Assembly: GCA_036259475.1 (NCBI GenBank)
Contig: DATABS010000071.1
Coordinates: forward strand, 3,913-67,912
Direction of reading: 5' to 3'
DNA from: Acidimicrobiia bacterium
Lineage (GTDB): Bacteria; Actinomycetota; Acidimicrobiia; Spongiisociales; ZC4RG35
Length of the DNA stretch: 64,000 nucleotides
Shown here: piece after piece, positions 8,263-23,438 of the stretch
How the letters are laid out: the number at the start of each line of letters is the position of its first letter
Numbering within the stretch: position 1 is the stretch's first letter
Made by a program: the position numbers and the translations under genes
Notes under the pieces: model-generated
What the model was told of the DNA's origin: nothing
Databases searched by the model: none
The model's input: only the letters and a program-made list of their open reading frames with translations

Positions 8263-9417
8263 TCAGAGTGCCTCGGCGGCCCGCCGCAGATCGTCAGCGG
8301 CGTCGGTTTGCTCCCAGGGGAAGAGCTCGCGGCCGAAATGCCCGTAGGCAGTGGTCGGCCGGTAGATCGGTCGGCGAAGATCGAGCCGCGAGATGATCGC
8401 ACCCGGCCGAAACTCGAAGTATTCGTGGACGAGGGTGGAGAGCTTCGCCGGGTCGATGACCGACGTGCCGAAGGTCTCCACGAACACCGAAAACGGCTCC
8501 GGCCGACCGATGGCATAGGCGAGCTGTAGCTCGCAACGGGTGGCCAGGCCGGACGCCACGATGTTCTTGGCGGCCCATCGGGCGGCATAGGCCGCCGACC
8601 GGTCGACTTTGGACGGATCCTTGCCCGAGAACGCCCCGCCACCGTGGCGGGCATACCCGCCGTAGGTATCGACGATGATCTTTCGGCCCGTCAAGCCGGT
8701 GTCGGCGTGCGGTCCGCCGATCTCGAACTTGCCCGTCGGATTGAAGAAGTAGTCGGCGTCCTGGGCCAGCATCCCGTCGGGAATGGTGGGAACAACGACC
8801 TCGTTCCACACCTCCTTGGCCATCGTTTCCTGGTCCATGTCAGCTTCGTGGTGCGCCGAGATGAGCACCGAGGTGACTGCCACGGGCCGGTCGCCTTCGT
8901 ATCGGACGGTGACCTGGGTCTTGCCGTCGGGACGCAGGTATCCGAGGAGCTCCTGCTTCCGAACGCTCGCCAGCCGCTCGGCCAGCCGGTGGGCGGTGAG
9001 AATCGGCAGCGGCATGAGCTCGGGGGTCTCGTCGACGGCGAAGCCGAACATGATTCCCTGGTCGCCGGCGCCCAACGAATCTAGATCCCCCCGCTCCACT
9101 CCCTGGTTGATGTCGGGCGATTGAGTGTGGGCCAGGACCACGACATCGATGTCATCTGCCCGGAAATGAGTGTCGTCCACGTAGCCCAGTTCGGCGATCG
9201 TCCGTCGAGCAACAGCCTCGAAGTCGGGCTCGTGCTCCGAGTTGAGCTCCCCGGCGATGACCGCCTTGCCTGTGGTCACGAGCGTTTCGCACGCCACTTT
9301 GCCCAGCGCGTCGTGGGCCAGGACGTCGTCGAGAACGGCGTCACTCACGGCGTCGGCCACCTTGTCGGGATGCCCCTCGGTGACGGACTCAGACGAGAAG
9401 TACCATCGATGGGCCAT
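8263..9417 (-). CDS. metK: S-adenosylmethionine synthetase
   Basis: SESVTEGHPDKVAD, GAGDQG and the GGGAFSGKD motifs are present. Confidence 0.95.
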   Translation of the reverse strand: MAHRWYFSSESVTEGHPDKVADAVSDAVLDDVLAHDALGKVACETLVTTGKAVIAGELNSEHEPDFEAVARRTIAELGYVDDTHFRADDIDVVVLAHTQSPDINQGVERGDLDSLGAGDQGIMFGFAVDETPELMPLPILTAHRLAERLASVRKQELLGYLRPDGKTQVTVRYEGDRPVAVTSVLISAHHEADMDQETMAKEVWNEVVVPTIPDGMLAQDADYFFNPTGKFEIGGPHADTGLTGRKIIVDTYGGYARHGGGAFSGKDPSKVDRSAAYAARWAAKNIVASGLATRCELQLAYAIGRPEPFSVFVETFGTSVIDPAKLSTLVHEYFEFRPGAIISRLDLRRPIYRPTTAYGHFGRELFPWEQTDAADDLRRAAEAL

Positions 9418-9427
9418 ATCGCTCAGC

Positions 9428-10600
9428 TTATCGCCGGAGACGTGAGGTGATGAGATCCAGGAGGCGCCGGGCGACCTCGGCCTTGTCGAGTTGGGGCCAC
9501 TGCTCGGTCGTCAGGTCGTCGTTGACGATGACGACCCGGTTCGTCTGGGTGCCGAAACCCGACCCCTCTTCGGTGACGTCGTTGTAGACCAGCAGATCGA
9601 CTCCCTTGCGCTTGGCCTTGTCGATGGCCCGCTCCAGGCCACCTGTCTCGGCAGCAAAGCCCACGGTGAAGATTCTGTCGTCCCGGGCGACTACCGAAGC
9701 CAGGATGTCGGGCGTCGCCTCCAGCGAAATTGCGGGAGGGCCCTCCGAGCGAGTTAGCTTCTCGGTCGCCGGCCCGGCGGGACGGAAGTCGGCGACGGCG
9801 GCAGCGAAGATGGCGACGTCGGGTTCGATCTTGTCCACGACGTCGAGCATGTCCTGGGCCGACTCGATCCGGTGGACGTTGACGCCGGTTCTCGCCGGTA
9901 GCGAAGATGCCGTCACGAGTTCCACCAGGGCACCCCTCCGAGCCGCTTCGTCGGCGAGGGCATGTCCCATCTTGCCCGACGACCGGTTGCCCAGATATCG
10001 GACTGGATCTATTGCTTCGCGGGTTCCCCCGGCCGTCACCAGAACGGTCAAGCCCTCCATCGACATGTCGAACATCCGGCCGGCGGCCTCCACGATCTCA
10101 TCCGGCTCGGCGACCCGCCCCACGCCGACGTCTCCGCCGGCCAGTTCGCCCGGAAACGGGCCGACGAGCTGGTGACCGTCGGCCAGGAGCCGGTCGATGT
10201 TGCGCCGGGTCGCCGGATGCTCCCACATCTCTGTATGCATGGCCGGGGCGACCAGGACGGGGGCGCGGGTCGCCAGCAACGTAGCGGAGAGGGTCTCATC
10301 AGACAGGCCGTTGGCCAATCGAGCGATGGTGGCGGCGGTGGCCGGTGCCACGATGAGGAGATCGGCCCACCGGGCGAGATCGGTGTGGGGGCTGACGGAA
10401 TCCGCTCCGAAGAGGTCGGTGACAGGATGGTGGCCGGTGATGGCGGCGAATGACTGGGGGCCGACGAACCGGGCGGCAGCTTCGGTCATCACGACCCGGA
10501 CCTCCGCGCCGGCTTCCTGCAGGCGGCGGGCAAGGTAGACGGACTTGTAGGCGGCCACACCGCCGGAGACGCCGAGGACGACCCGGCGGCCGGTGAGCAT
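9428..10600 (-). CDS. coaBC: bifunctional phosphopantothenoylcysteine decarboxylase / phosphopantothenate-cysteine ligase
   Basis: The N-terminal flavoprotein domain (VLGVSGGVAAYK) is followed by a DFP/CoaB domain; the protein is 390 aa. Confidence 0.9.
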   Translation of the reverse strand: MLTGRRVVLGVSGGVAAYKSVYLARRLQEAGAEVRVVMTEAAARFVGPQSFAAITGHHPVTDLFGADSVSPHTDLARWADLLIVAPATAATIARLANGLSDETLSATLLATRAPVLVAPAMHTEMWEHPATRRNIDRLLADGHQLVGPFPGELAGGDVGVGRVAEPDEIVEAAGRMFDMSMEGLTVLVTAGGTREAIDPVRYLGNRSSGKMGHALADEAARRGALVELVTASSLPARTGVNVHRIESAQDMLDVVDKIEPDVAIFAAAVADFRPAGPATEKLTRSEGPPAISLEATPDILASVVARDDRIFTVGFAAETGGLERAIDKAKRKGVDLLVYNDVTEEGSGFGTQTNRVVIVNDDLTTEQWPQLDKAEVARRLLDLITSRLRR

Positions 10601-10821
10601 CAGCCCTCTTGATCCTCCACCGCCACCTTGCCTTCGGCGATCTCTTCCATGGCGATGGTGAGTGGCTTGCGGGACAGAGAATGGACCTGGGGCGGCACGT
10701 ACTCGCCGATCCCGCCGCCGAGCTGGCTGAAGTAGCCGTTGATCTGGCGGGCCCGTCGAGCCGAGACTACGACGGCGGCGAATCGGTTTCCGATGGTGTC
10801 TATGACGTTTTCGATCTTCAT
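10600..10821 (-). CDS. rpoZ: DNA-directed RNA polymerase subunit omega
   Basis: This is a 73-aa protein (MKIENVIDTIGNRFAAVVVSARRARQI...) at the conserved gmk-rpoZ-coaBC position. Confidence 0.85.
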   Translation of the reverse strand: MKIENVIDTIGNRFAAVVVSARRARQINGYFSQLGGGIGEYVPPQVHSLSRKPLTIAMEEIAEGKVAVEDQEG

Positions 10822-10914
10822 TGGTGAGGCACAGGGTAGTCGGTCAGCCCGGGATCACCTCACCAGCCTGCTTCCCCTAGCAAGGGGAGAGGTGTTCGAG
10901 GCGGTCCAGGGAAG

Positions 10915-11508
10915 TTAGCGGGTCAGGATGTCGACGACCTCGTCCACCGCCCGGTCGACGTCGTCATTGAGGACGATGTGGTCGAACAAGACAGGAGCGG
11001 CGGCCATCTCCTCTTCGGCGATGAGCAGCTTGGCGTCGATGTCTGCTGGGCTGGTGTCTGCCCTGGCTTCCAGACGCCGCCGCAGATCGTCCATCGACGG
11101 CGGAGCCACGAAGATCATGAGTGCCTCCGGCATGGCGGCCCGGATCTGTCTCGCTCCCTGCACCTCGATCTCCAACAGGACATCCCGGCCCTCTGCCCGG
11201 GCTGCTTCGACGGCGTCGCGAGGCGTGCCGTAGTAATTGCCATTGAACATGGCCCATTCGAGTAGCTCGCCGGACTCGATGAGATGCTCGAACTGCTCCT
11301 TGTCGACGAACCGGTAGTGAAAGCCCTGGACCTCGGCCGGCCGCTGTGAGCGGGTCGTCGCCGAAACGGAAAAGTGGACAGGGACCCGGTGTCGCACCTC
11401 CGCCACGATGGTCGACTTCCCCACCCCGCCTGGACCGGCGATGACGATCAGCCGACCCGGCGGTCGTTTGTCCTCGGCGTCAGGAGAACTCAGAGAGGAG
11501 CCCGGCAC
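10915..11508 (-). CDS. gmk: guanylate kinase
   Basis: P-loop GPGGVGKST, plus the SATTR..R and YYGT motifs. Confidence 0.92.
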   Translation of the reverse strand: MPGSSLSSPDAEDKRPPGRLIVIAGPGGVGKSTIVAEVRHRVPVHFSVSATTRSQRPAEVQGFHYRFVDKEQFEHLIESGELLEWAMFNGNYYGTPRDAVEAARAEGRDVLLEIEVQGARQIRAAMPEALMIFVAPPSMDDLRRRLEARADTSPADIDAKLLIAEEEMAAAPVLFDHIVLNDDVDRAVDEVVDILTR

Positions 11509-11791
11509 GTTGGCGTTCGCCCAGGCCGCGCAGACGGCGGTTGTCGGCGATGTCGTACTTCTCCATCAGACGCTTGGCCTTCACCTTTCCGGTTCCCGGC
11601 ATGGCAGCAAGCAACGACTCGACCTTGATTCCCCCGATCAGCTCTTCCTCAGCGGCTCTTTGCAGCAGCTCGGAGAACGAGATGGTGCCCGTCTTGAGCA
11701 GCTCCTTCATCTCGGCCCTGACTCGGCGGGCCTCAGCCGCCTTGGCGAGGGCGGCGGCGCGTTGCTCTTCGGACAGTTCGGGTGGCTTCAT
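11480..11791 (-). CDS. mihF: integration host factor, actinobacterial type (mIHF)
   Basis: It is strongly similar to mycobacterial mIHF (EEQRAAALAKAAEARR...KVKAKRLMEKYDI...RRLRGLG). The probable start is MKPPEL, with a GGGAGGA RBS. Confidence 0.88.
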   Translation of the reverse strand: MKPPELSEEQRAAALAKAAEARRVRAEMKELLKTGTISFSELLQRAAEEELIGGIKVESLLAAMPGTGKVKAKRLMEKYDIADNRRLRGLGERQRAGLLSEFS

Positions 11792-11893
11792 GGATCCTCC
11801 CACGAGCGGACCCGGTCGACTGTATCAGGCTCGATTACCGTCATGCCATGCCGAGTCGGTGCCGTGGACCCATTCACTCTGGGTGAGTTCTGA

Positions 11894-12619
11894 GTGGGAA
11901 GCTACTTCATATCCGGAGCCAGTTCCGGTCTCGGGGCGGAGATGTCCCGCCAGCTCGCCAACCGGGGGGACGCAGTCGCGCTCGCCGCCCGCCGCACGGA
12001 GCGTCTCGAGGCGTTGGCGGCGGAACTGGGCGTAGGTGTGACAGTGCACCCGGTCGACGTAACCGAACCGGAGGCCGTCGAACGGGCCATCCGAGACGCC
12101 GACCGCACCCACGGGGGCCTCGATGTGGTTGTCGTCAACGCCGGCCGGGGCGGCGGAGGACGGATTGGCACCGGCCGGTCGGCCGAGAACCGCGCCGTGA
12201 TCGAGACGAATCTGACCGGCGCTCTCGGCCAGATCGAGGCGGCGATGGAAATCTTCCGGTCCCGCGGCCGCGGTCATCTCGTCCTCGTGTCCTCGCTCGC
12301 CTCGGTGCGGGGACTGCCCGGCTCGGCCGCCACCTACTCGGCCACCAAGGCAGCGTTGGCATCGATCGGCCAGTCGTTGCGCGCCGAGCTCGCAGGCAGC
12401 GACATCGCGGTCACAACACTGCGGCCGGGCTATATCCGCACCGAGCTCAACCGCCGGGCCGCAGTCCCTTACATGACGGGATTGGAGGACGGCGTGGCGG
12501 CCATGATCGCGGCGATGGACGCTCGGGCGGGCGACGTCGTCGTTCCCGCCTGGCCATGGCGGGCGCTCGGCTGGATCGTGCGGGTGGTCCCTTCCAGGCT
12601 CATCCGTCGCTTCATGTGA
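11894..12619 (+). CDS. short-chain dehydrogenase/reductase (SDR) family oxidoreductase
   Basis: It has TGxxxGxG (ISGASSGLG), NAG (VVNAG) and YxxxK (YSATKAAL). It is the only plus-strand gene in the 6-22 kb block. Confidence 0.85.
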   Translation: MGSYFISGASSGLGAEMSRQLANRGDAVALAARRTERLEALAAELGVGVTVHPVDVTEPEAVERAIRDADRTHGGLDVVVVNAGRGGGGRIGTGRSAENRAVIETNLTGALGQIEAAMEIFRSRGRGHLVLVSSLASVRGLPGSAATYSATKAALASIGQSLRAELAGSDIAVTTLRPGYIRTELNRRAAVPYMTGLEDGVAAMIAAMDARAGDVVVPAWPWRALGWIVRVVPSRLIRRFM

Positions 12620-13318
12620 TCAGCCGATGCCGTCGGCAATGGCTGTGGCCGCTTGGGCCGGGTCGTCCGACCGAGTGATCGAGCGCCCTATGACCAGCCA
12701 ATCGGCTCCACGGCGGATGGCCTCGGAGGGAGTCGACACCCGGGCCTGGTCGTCAGTGGCTGCTCCGGTCGGCCGGATCCCCGGCGTCACCTTGAGGAGG
12801 TCAGGAGCTACCTGCGCTACGTCCCCCAGTTCCTTCACCGAGCACACGACGCCTTCGACTCCGGTGGCGCGAGCTAGTTTCGCGATTCGGGCGACCTGAC
12901 GTCCGGGGCTGCCCGTGATCCCGGTGGCGGCGAGGTCCGCCCCGGTCAGGCTGGTGAGGACGGTGATGGCGAGGATTCCGGCCGGGTGGCCCGCAGCACC
13001 CTGTTCCAGACCTTCCGCCGCCGCCTGCAACATCGCCTGGCCACCAGCTCCGTGGGCGGTCACCCAGCGGGCGCCGAGGGCACCGAGATTGCGGGCGGAG
13101 CGGTGCACGGTGTTGGGTATGTCGTGCAGTTTGGCGTCGACGAACACCGGGAGGCCGAGCTCCCTCACCGCCGCCACAGTCGCCGGTCCCGGTCCCGTGA
13201 GCAGCTCCAGGCCCACCTTGAAACCCCCGACGTGGGGTCGCAGCTGCCGAGCCATCTCGATGGCGGGCCGGGCCTCGGCGAAGTCCAGGGCGACGATGAT
13301 GGGGTTCCGTTCAGCCAC
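12620..13318 (-). CDS. pyrF: orotidine 5'-phosphate decarboxylase
   Basis: PIIVALDF and FKVGLELL are present, and the gene is in pyr operon context. Confidence 0.9.
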   Translation of the reverse strand: MAERNPIIVALDFAEARPAIEMARQLRPHVGGFKVGLELLTGPGPATVAAVRELGLPVFVDAKLHDIPNTVHRSARNLGALGARWVTAHGAGGQAMLQAAAEGLEQGAAGHPAGILAITVLTSLTGADLAATGITGSPGRQVARIAKLARATGVEGVVCSVKELGDVAQVAPDLLKVTPGIRPTGAATDDQARVSTPSEAIRRGADWLVIGRSITRSDDPAQAATAIADGIG

Positions 13319-13339
13319 CAGTGCGCTCCCACGTGGTTT

Positions 13340-14247
13340 TCAAAGGGTGGCTGCTCCGGTCAGGTCGGACACGGCCTCGATGGCCCGGCGGTCGCACCAG
13401 TCGGTCAGCTCATCGAGGATCCGCCGCGCCGCCCGCGGCTCGGCGAAATGGATGGTGCCGAGCGCAACCGCTGCCGCACCCGCCATCAGGTACTCGACCA
13501 CATCCGTTCCGCGAGAGACTCCCCCGCAGCCGAGGATCGGCAGCCCCGGAAGCGCCAGGGCCACTTCCATCACGCAGCGCAGGGAAATGGGCTTGAGCGG
13601 CGGGCCCGAGTAACCGCCGACGCCGCCCGAAAGGAGGGGGAGCCCGGTGTCGACGTCGATCCCCGCCCCTGAAATCGTGTTGGTGAGCGTCACCCAATCC
13701 GCGCCGCCCTCCCGGCACGCCGCCGCCACCGCCACGATGTCGGTGGAATTGGGTGACAGCTTGGCGCCGACTGGCAGGTCGGTGGCGTCCTTGACGGCTT
13801 CCATCACCTTGCGCGACGGCTCCGGTTCGAGGGCGAACATCCGTCCGCTCTCCAGGTTGGGACAGGACAGGTTGACCTCGACCGCCGCCACCCCTGCCCG
13901 ACCCAGTCCTCCGGCGACGCGGGCAAACTCTTCCGGACTGGTGCCGACGGCCGAGCCCCACACCTGGCAACCGACCGTTTGGAGCCTGGGAGCGGTCTCG
14001 TCCACCCAGCGCTCGATCCCCGGGTTCTGGATGCCGATGCCGTTCAGCATTCCTAGGCCGGCGGGAGCGAGACGCGGCGGGGGCCGACCCTCCCAGGGCT
14101 CGCCAGACACGGATTTTGCCGTCATTGCCCCGTAGGCGCCGACGTCGGCCACGCGGGCGAACTCCCACACGGAACCGACCGTTCCGGATGCTGCCACGAG
14201 CGGCGTGGAGAGCCGGAGTGCGCCCAGCCGAACCGAGGTGTTGGCCG

Positions 14248-14251
<4 letters not shown>
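13340..14251 (-). CDS. pyrD: dihydroorotate dehydrogenase (class 1 catalytic subunit)
   Basis: It has a TIM-barrel DHOD pattern (LKNPV-like [23 protein letters not shown]). The start is probably the ATG at 14251 (MTANTSV...), overlapping the carB stop. Confidence 0.85.
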
Positions 14252-17488
<3,237 letters not shown>

Positions 17489-17499
<11 letters not shown>

Positions 17500-18651
17500 C
17501 GCCCATTCCCATCAGATCTGTGAACTCGTCGAAGAGGTGCACCGAGTCGTGAGGCCCCGGAGCCGCTTCCGGGTGGTACTGGACCGAGTAGGCGGGGACG
17601 TCTAGGCAGCGGAGGCCTTCCAGGGTGCCGTCGTTGAGGTTCTGGTGGGTCGGGATGACCCGTCCGAACCGGCTCTCCACCGAACCGGGCAAGAGCTCTG
17701 GTGCCACGAGCCCGTGTCGTCCGGGGGCCCGGTCCCCCGACAGGCTCCACAGGTCCACCGCGAAGCCGTGGTTGTGGGCGGTGATTTCGATCCGTCCGTC
17801 GGCTAAACGCCTGACGGGATGGTTGCCGCCATGATGACCGAAGGGAAGCTTGAACGTGGCGGCACCCAGGGCCCGACCCAGTACCTGGTGGCCGAGGCAG
17901 ATGCCGAACACGGGCACCTTGCCGAGCAGACCCTCCAGGGTCGAGGTGGCGGCGTGCAACGGCTCGGGATCGCCGGGACCGTTGGAGACGAAGACGCCGT
18001 CGGGGCGCATGGCGGACACATCGCCGGCGGTGAGGCGGGGGGGGACCACCGTGACCTCGAGCCCGCGAAGGGTCAGGTTCGTGATGATGTCCGCCTTCAT
18101 CCCCAGGTCGATGGCCACCACCGAGCCCCTCCTGATCCCTCGGGCGGCGACGGTGTAGGGCTCGACAGTGGCCACGCCTGTCGCCAGATCGAGGCCGATC
18201 ATCGAGGGGGCGGCGGCCGCCGCCGCCGTCAGTTCTTGTTCGTGGACGCCGGCCCCCACGGCTACCGGCATCGCCCCCCGATCCCGCAGATGGCGGGTGA
18301 GTCGGCGGGTATCGACGTCGGCCACGGCCACCATCGAATTCTCACGCAAGTAGGCGGCCAGCGACCCTTCAGCTCTCCAGTTCGAGTGGCGCCGTGAGAG
18401 GGAACGCACCACGAAGCCGGCGGCGGCCGGTTGGGGCCGTTGTGCGTCGGCGGAGGTGACGCCATAGTTGCCCTGGTGCGGGGCCGTCATGACCACCACC
18501 TGCCCGGCGTAGGAGGGATCGGTCAAGATCTCCTGGTATCCCGTCATGGACGTATTGAAGATCGCTTCGCCGGTGGCGATGCCTTCCGCCCCCACCGAGC
18601 GGCCCCGAAACACTTCTCCGTCGGAGGTGACGAGCAAACCCTCGGTCACTG
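17489..18651 (-). CDS. carA: carbamoyl-phosphate synthase small subunit
   Basis: It has a CPSase small-subunit N-domain plus a class I glutamine amidotransferase domain (GICLGHQ). The probable GTG start at 18649 overlaps the pyrC stop. Confidence 0.9.
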
Positions 18652-19898
18652 GGTCACCTGGTGAGTGACGGTTCCCCCGAAGATGGTCGCCATGACCCGG
18701 CCGGTCAGTTTGCGACCCCGAAAGGGGCTGTTCTGCGAGCGGGATGAGAAGCGGTCCGGCATCCATGTCGCCGTCGGGTCGATCACCGTGATGTGGGCCG
18801 GCCCGCCGACTTCGAGCGGCCTGCCGTGTTCACCGAGACGGGCAATCCGGGCGGGCGCCGTCGACATGCGTTCGAACAAGCCGGCCTGGTCGAGCCCTAC
18901 CACGGTGAGGGTTGCCGCCACCGCCGTTTCCAGGCCGACGACGCCGCGGGGTGCCTCCTCGAACGGAACCTCCTGCTCGTGGTCGGCGTGCGGGGCATGA
19001 TCGGTGGCCACCGCGTCGATGGTCCCGTCTGCGAGAGCGCGGCGCAATTCGGCGACATCGTCGGCAGTCCGCAGGGGCGGGTACATCTTGAAGTCGGGAT
19101 CCATCGACTCGACCTCCGTATGGTCGAAGGTGAGGTGGTGAGGAGTCACTTCGGCCGTGACCGGCAGGCCTGCGGCTTTGGCTCGCCTGAGGAGGTCGAC
19201 CGTGCCGGCAGTGGAGACGTGCTGGACGTGATAGGGCGCACCGGTCAGCTCGACGAGGGCCAGGTCGCGGGCGATGATCGTTTCTTCGGCCAGGGCGGGG
19301 AGACCCTTGATGCCCAGGCGGGAGGACACCGAACCCTCATGCATGTGGCCGCCTCCGGCGAGTCCCGGATCCTCGGCGTGCTGGGCGACGACGCAGTCCC
19401 TTCCCGCCAGGTACTCCATTGCCCGGCGCAGCAGACCGGCATCCACCAGCGTGTCGCCGTCGTCGGTGAAGACGCGCACGCCCGCCTCGATCAGTTCGTC
19501 CAGATGAGCGAGAGCGGTGCCCGCCCGGTCCAGGGTGATGGACCCGGCCGCCACCACCTGGCACCGTCCGACCTGACGTCCCCTTTCGGAGACGAAGCGG
19601 GCTCGGTGCCCCATGTCGATCGCCGGCAGGGTGTTGGGCATGGCGACAACAGCCGTGAATCCCCCCACCGCCGCCGCCCGGCTGCCGGAGTCGATGTCCT
19701 CCTTCCACTCCTGGCCGGGCTCGCGCAAGTGGACGTGGAGGTCGACGAGACCGGGGCCGACCCAGCAGCCCGACGCATCGACGCGGACGGCATCGGTCAC
19801 ATCGGTATGGCCGATGGCCTGGATGCAGCCATCGTCGACCGCCACATCCGCCGTGATGATTCCGTCGCTGGTCACCACCGAGCCTCCCTGGATCACGA

Positions 19899-19902
<4 letters not shown>
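18646..19902 (-). CDS. pyrC: dihydroorotase
   Basis: The amidohydrolase has a DLHVHLREPG metal site, and the gene is in pyr operon context. Confidence 0.92.
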
Positions 19903-21412
<1,510 letters not shown>

Positions 21413-21450
21413 TTAGCTGGATGGTGGACGAGACTCGCGCGGCTGGTCAG

Positions 21451-21828
21451 TCAGGGGCGTTCGATCTCCGCCAACGACGCCAGAACGCCGTTCACGAACG
21501 CCCCCGAGCGCTGCGTCGAATAGGTCTTCGCCATCCGGACGGCTTCGTTGACGACCACGGCCGCCGGAGTCGAAGCGACGTGACGCAGCTCGAAAAGTCC
21601 CAGCCGGAGAATCGCCCGATCGATCACAGGCATCCGCTCGATGCTCCAGTGGGCGCTCACGTCGGCGATGGTCCGGTCGAGCTCGTCGGTCTCGGCCAGC
21701 ACCCCCTCGACGAGGCGGCGCGCTTTGGGAGGCAGTCCGTCGAGTGGTCCCGGGTCGCCGGTGCGGTCGGCCTGATACAGCGTCTGCAGCGCCAGGTCCC
21801 GCGGCTCGCTGCTCACATCTTCGGTCAC
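21451..21828 (-). CDS. nusB: transcription antitermination protein NusB
   Basis: Only the C-terminal 125 aa of the 329-aa ORF look real (EPRDLALQTLYQ...AILRLGLFEL...NGVLA). The GTG start at 21828 overlaps the efp stop, and the upstream part of the ORF is Arg/Pro junk. Confidence 0.8.
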   Translation of the reverse strand: MTEDVSSEPRDLALQTLYQADRTGDPGPLDGLPPKARRLVEGVLAETDELDRTIADVSAHWSIERMPVIDRAILRLGLFELRHVASTPAAVVVNEAVRMAKTYSTQRSGAFVNGVLASLAEIERP

Positions 21829-22382
21829 ACCCGGGTCAGATACTCGCCGGAGCGCGTGTCGACCTTGACCTTGTCGCCCTGTTCGACGAAAAGCGGGGCG
21901 TTGACTACGAGCCCCGTCTCGAGTGTCACCGGCTTGGTCGCTCCAGTGCGCGTGTCGCCCTTGACCCCGGGTTCGGCATAGGTCACCTCGAGTTCCACGG
22001 CCGCCGGCAACTCGACTCCGATAGGCGTGCCCTTGTAGAGGGCGAGGGTCACGGTGGCTCCGTCCGTCAGGTAGTGGGCGGCGCTGTCCACGTCGTCGGC
22101 GGTGAGGGCGATCTGGCCGTAGTCGGACATGTTCATGAAGTGGTAGCCGAGGTCGTCGGAGTAGAGATACTGGTGGTCCACCCGCTCGATGTACGCCTGC
22201 TCGACGTCCTCGTCGGCCCGGAACGTCTTGTCGAGGACCTGGCCGGTCTCGGCGTTCTTCAGACGCATGCGTACGAAGGCCTTGCCCTTCCCCGGCTTGA
22301 CGTGCTGGTACTCGACGATCGTGAATATGCCGTCTTCGAGGTCGAGTGCCATCCCCGGTCGGACATCGTTGGTGGAGATCAT
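21825..22382 (-). CDS. efp: elongation factor P
   Basis: MISTNDVRPGMALDLEDGIFTIVEYQHVKPGKGKAFVRMRLKN is canonical EF-P, with the conserved modified Lys in the KPGKG loop. Confidence 0.95.
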   Translation of the reverse strand: MISTNDVRPGMALDLEDGIFTIVEYQHVKPGKGKAFVRMRLKNAETGQVLDKTFRADEDVEQAYIERVDHQYLYSDDLGYHFMNMSDYGQIALTADDVDSAAHYLTDGATVTLALYKGTPIGVELPAAVELEVTYAEPGVKGDTRTGATKPVTLETGLVVNAPLFVEQGDKVKVDTRSGEYLTRV

Positions 22383-22412
22383 GGCGACAAGGATAAGGGA
22401 CCAGAGTCGGCG

Positions 22413-23438
22413 TCAAAGACCGATGGCAGCCAGTCCCCACTCGACGTCCGCCGGCTCTACTTCCCTCACCACCGGCCGGCCCGGCGCCTCGAGGAGCACC
22501 ATGCGAAGCGCGCCGGCCACCTTCTTCTTGTCGAGTCCGATGAGGCGCATGACCTCGTCCCTGTCGAGGGACGGGGCGACGGTCGGAAGGCCGGCGGCCG
22601 TCAGCGCCTCCCGGATGTCATCGTTCCCCGCGAAGCCGAGCAGTCGCTCTGCGACGGCGGCTTCGGCCACCAGGCCCAGCGCCACCGATTCGCCGTGGGA
22701 GAGATTCGAGGCGAACTCGATTCCATGGCCGATGGTGTGCCCCAGGTTGAGCACGACCCGCCGGTCCCTCTCCTTGAAGTCCTCGCTCACGATCTCGGTC
22801 TTGATGCGGATGGCGGCGGGGACCACCTCGGCCAGGTCCACCTCCAGACCCCGACTGCGATAGGCGTCGACTATTGCGGGGCGTGCCAGGAGACCGGCCT
22901 TGATGATCTCGGCTGCACCTTGGCGTTTGAGCTCAGCGGGCAGCCTCTCCAGCAGGGCCAGGTCGACCAGGACACGACTCGGGTGCCAGAAGACCCCCAC
23001 GAGGTTCTTGCCGGCCACATTGATGCCAGCCTTGCCGCCGATCGAGGCGTCTACCGCGCCGAGGAGTGTGGTCGGGACGTGAACGGCTTCGATGCCTCTC
23101 ATCCAGGTCCCGGCGATGAAACCGGCGGCATCGGTCACGGCGCCACCGCCAACGCCCATCAGTGTGTCGCCCCGAGAGATCTCGTTTTCGGCGAGCCATT
23201 GGTAGGCGATCCCGATCGCTCCGAGAGTCTTGGCCTCGTCGCCGTCCGGCAGGATGTGGATCCGTCCCTCGAGACCTTCCTCATCGAGCCTCGAACCGAC
23301 AACCCTCGCCATCTCTTCCGCACCCGGCTGGGACAGTATCGCCACTTTGCGCCGGTCGGCCCTCACCTCGAGCAGCGGACGGGGCCATGTGTGCCCGACG
23401 AATACTTCCGATTCGGCGCCGATCAGGATGCGTTCCAT
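22413..23438 (-). CDS. aroB: 3-dehydroquinate synthase
   Basis: GGGAVTD, the NAD-binding region and the metal site HGE/H.IGHGIE are present. Confidence 0.9.
   Translation of the reverse strand: MERILIGAESEVFVGHTWPRPLLEVRADRRKVAILSQPGAEEMARVVGSRLDEEGLEGRIHILPDGDEAKTLGAIGIAYQWLAENEISRGDTLMGVGGGAVTDAAGFIAGTWMRGIEAVHVPTTLLGAVDASIGGKAGINVAGKNLVGVFWHPSRVLVDLALLERLPAELKRQGAAEIIKAGLLARPAIVDAYRSRGLEVDLAEVVPAAIRIKTEIVSEDFKERDRRVVLNLGHTIGHGIEFASNLSHGESVALGLVAEAAVAERLLGFAGNDDIREALTAAGLPTVAPSLDRDEVMRLIGLDKKKVAGALRMVLLEAPGRPVVREVEPADVEWGLAAIGL

Noticed and set aside
10822-10914. Inverted repeats (TGGTGAGG...CCTCACCA and CCCCT-agca-AGGGG) between gmk and rpoZ as a regulatory element
   Set aside because: The stems are short with a long loop, so they are weak. 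The gmk-rpoZ spacer is conserved as plain intergenic DNA in relatives, so they are not reported as a feature.
21451-22440. 329-aa ORF as a single protein
   Set aside because: Only the last 125 codons are NusB-like and start at a GTG overlapping the efp stop. The first 200 codons are low-complexity Arg/Pro sequence overlapping efp in another frame.
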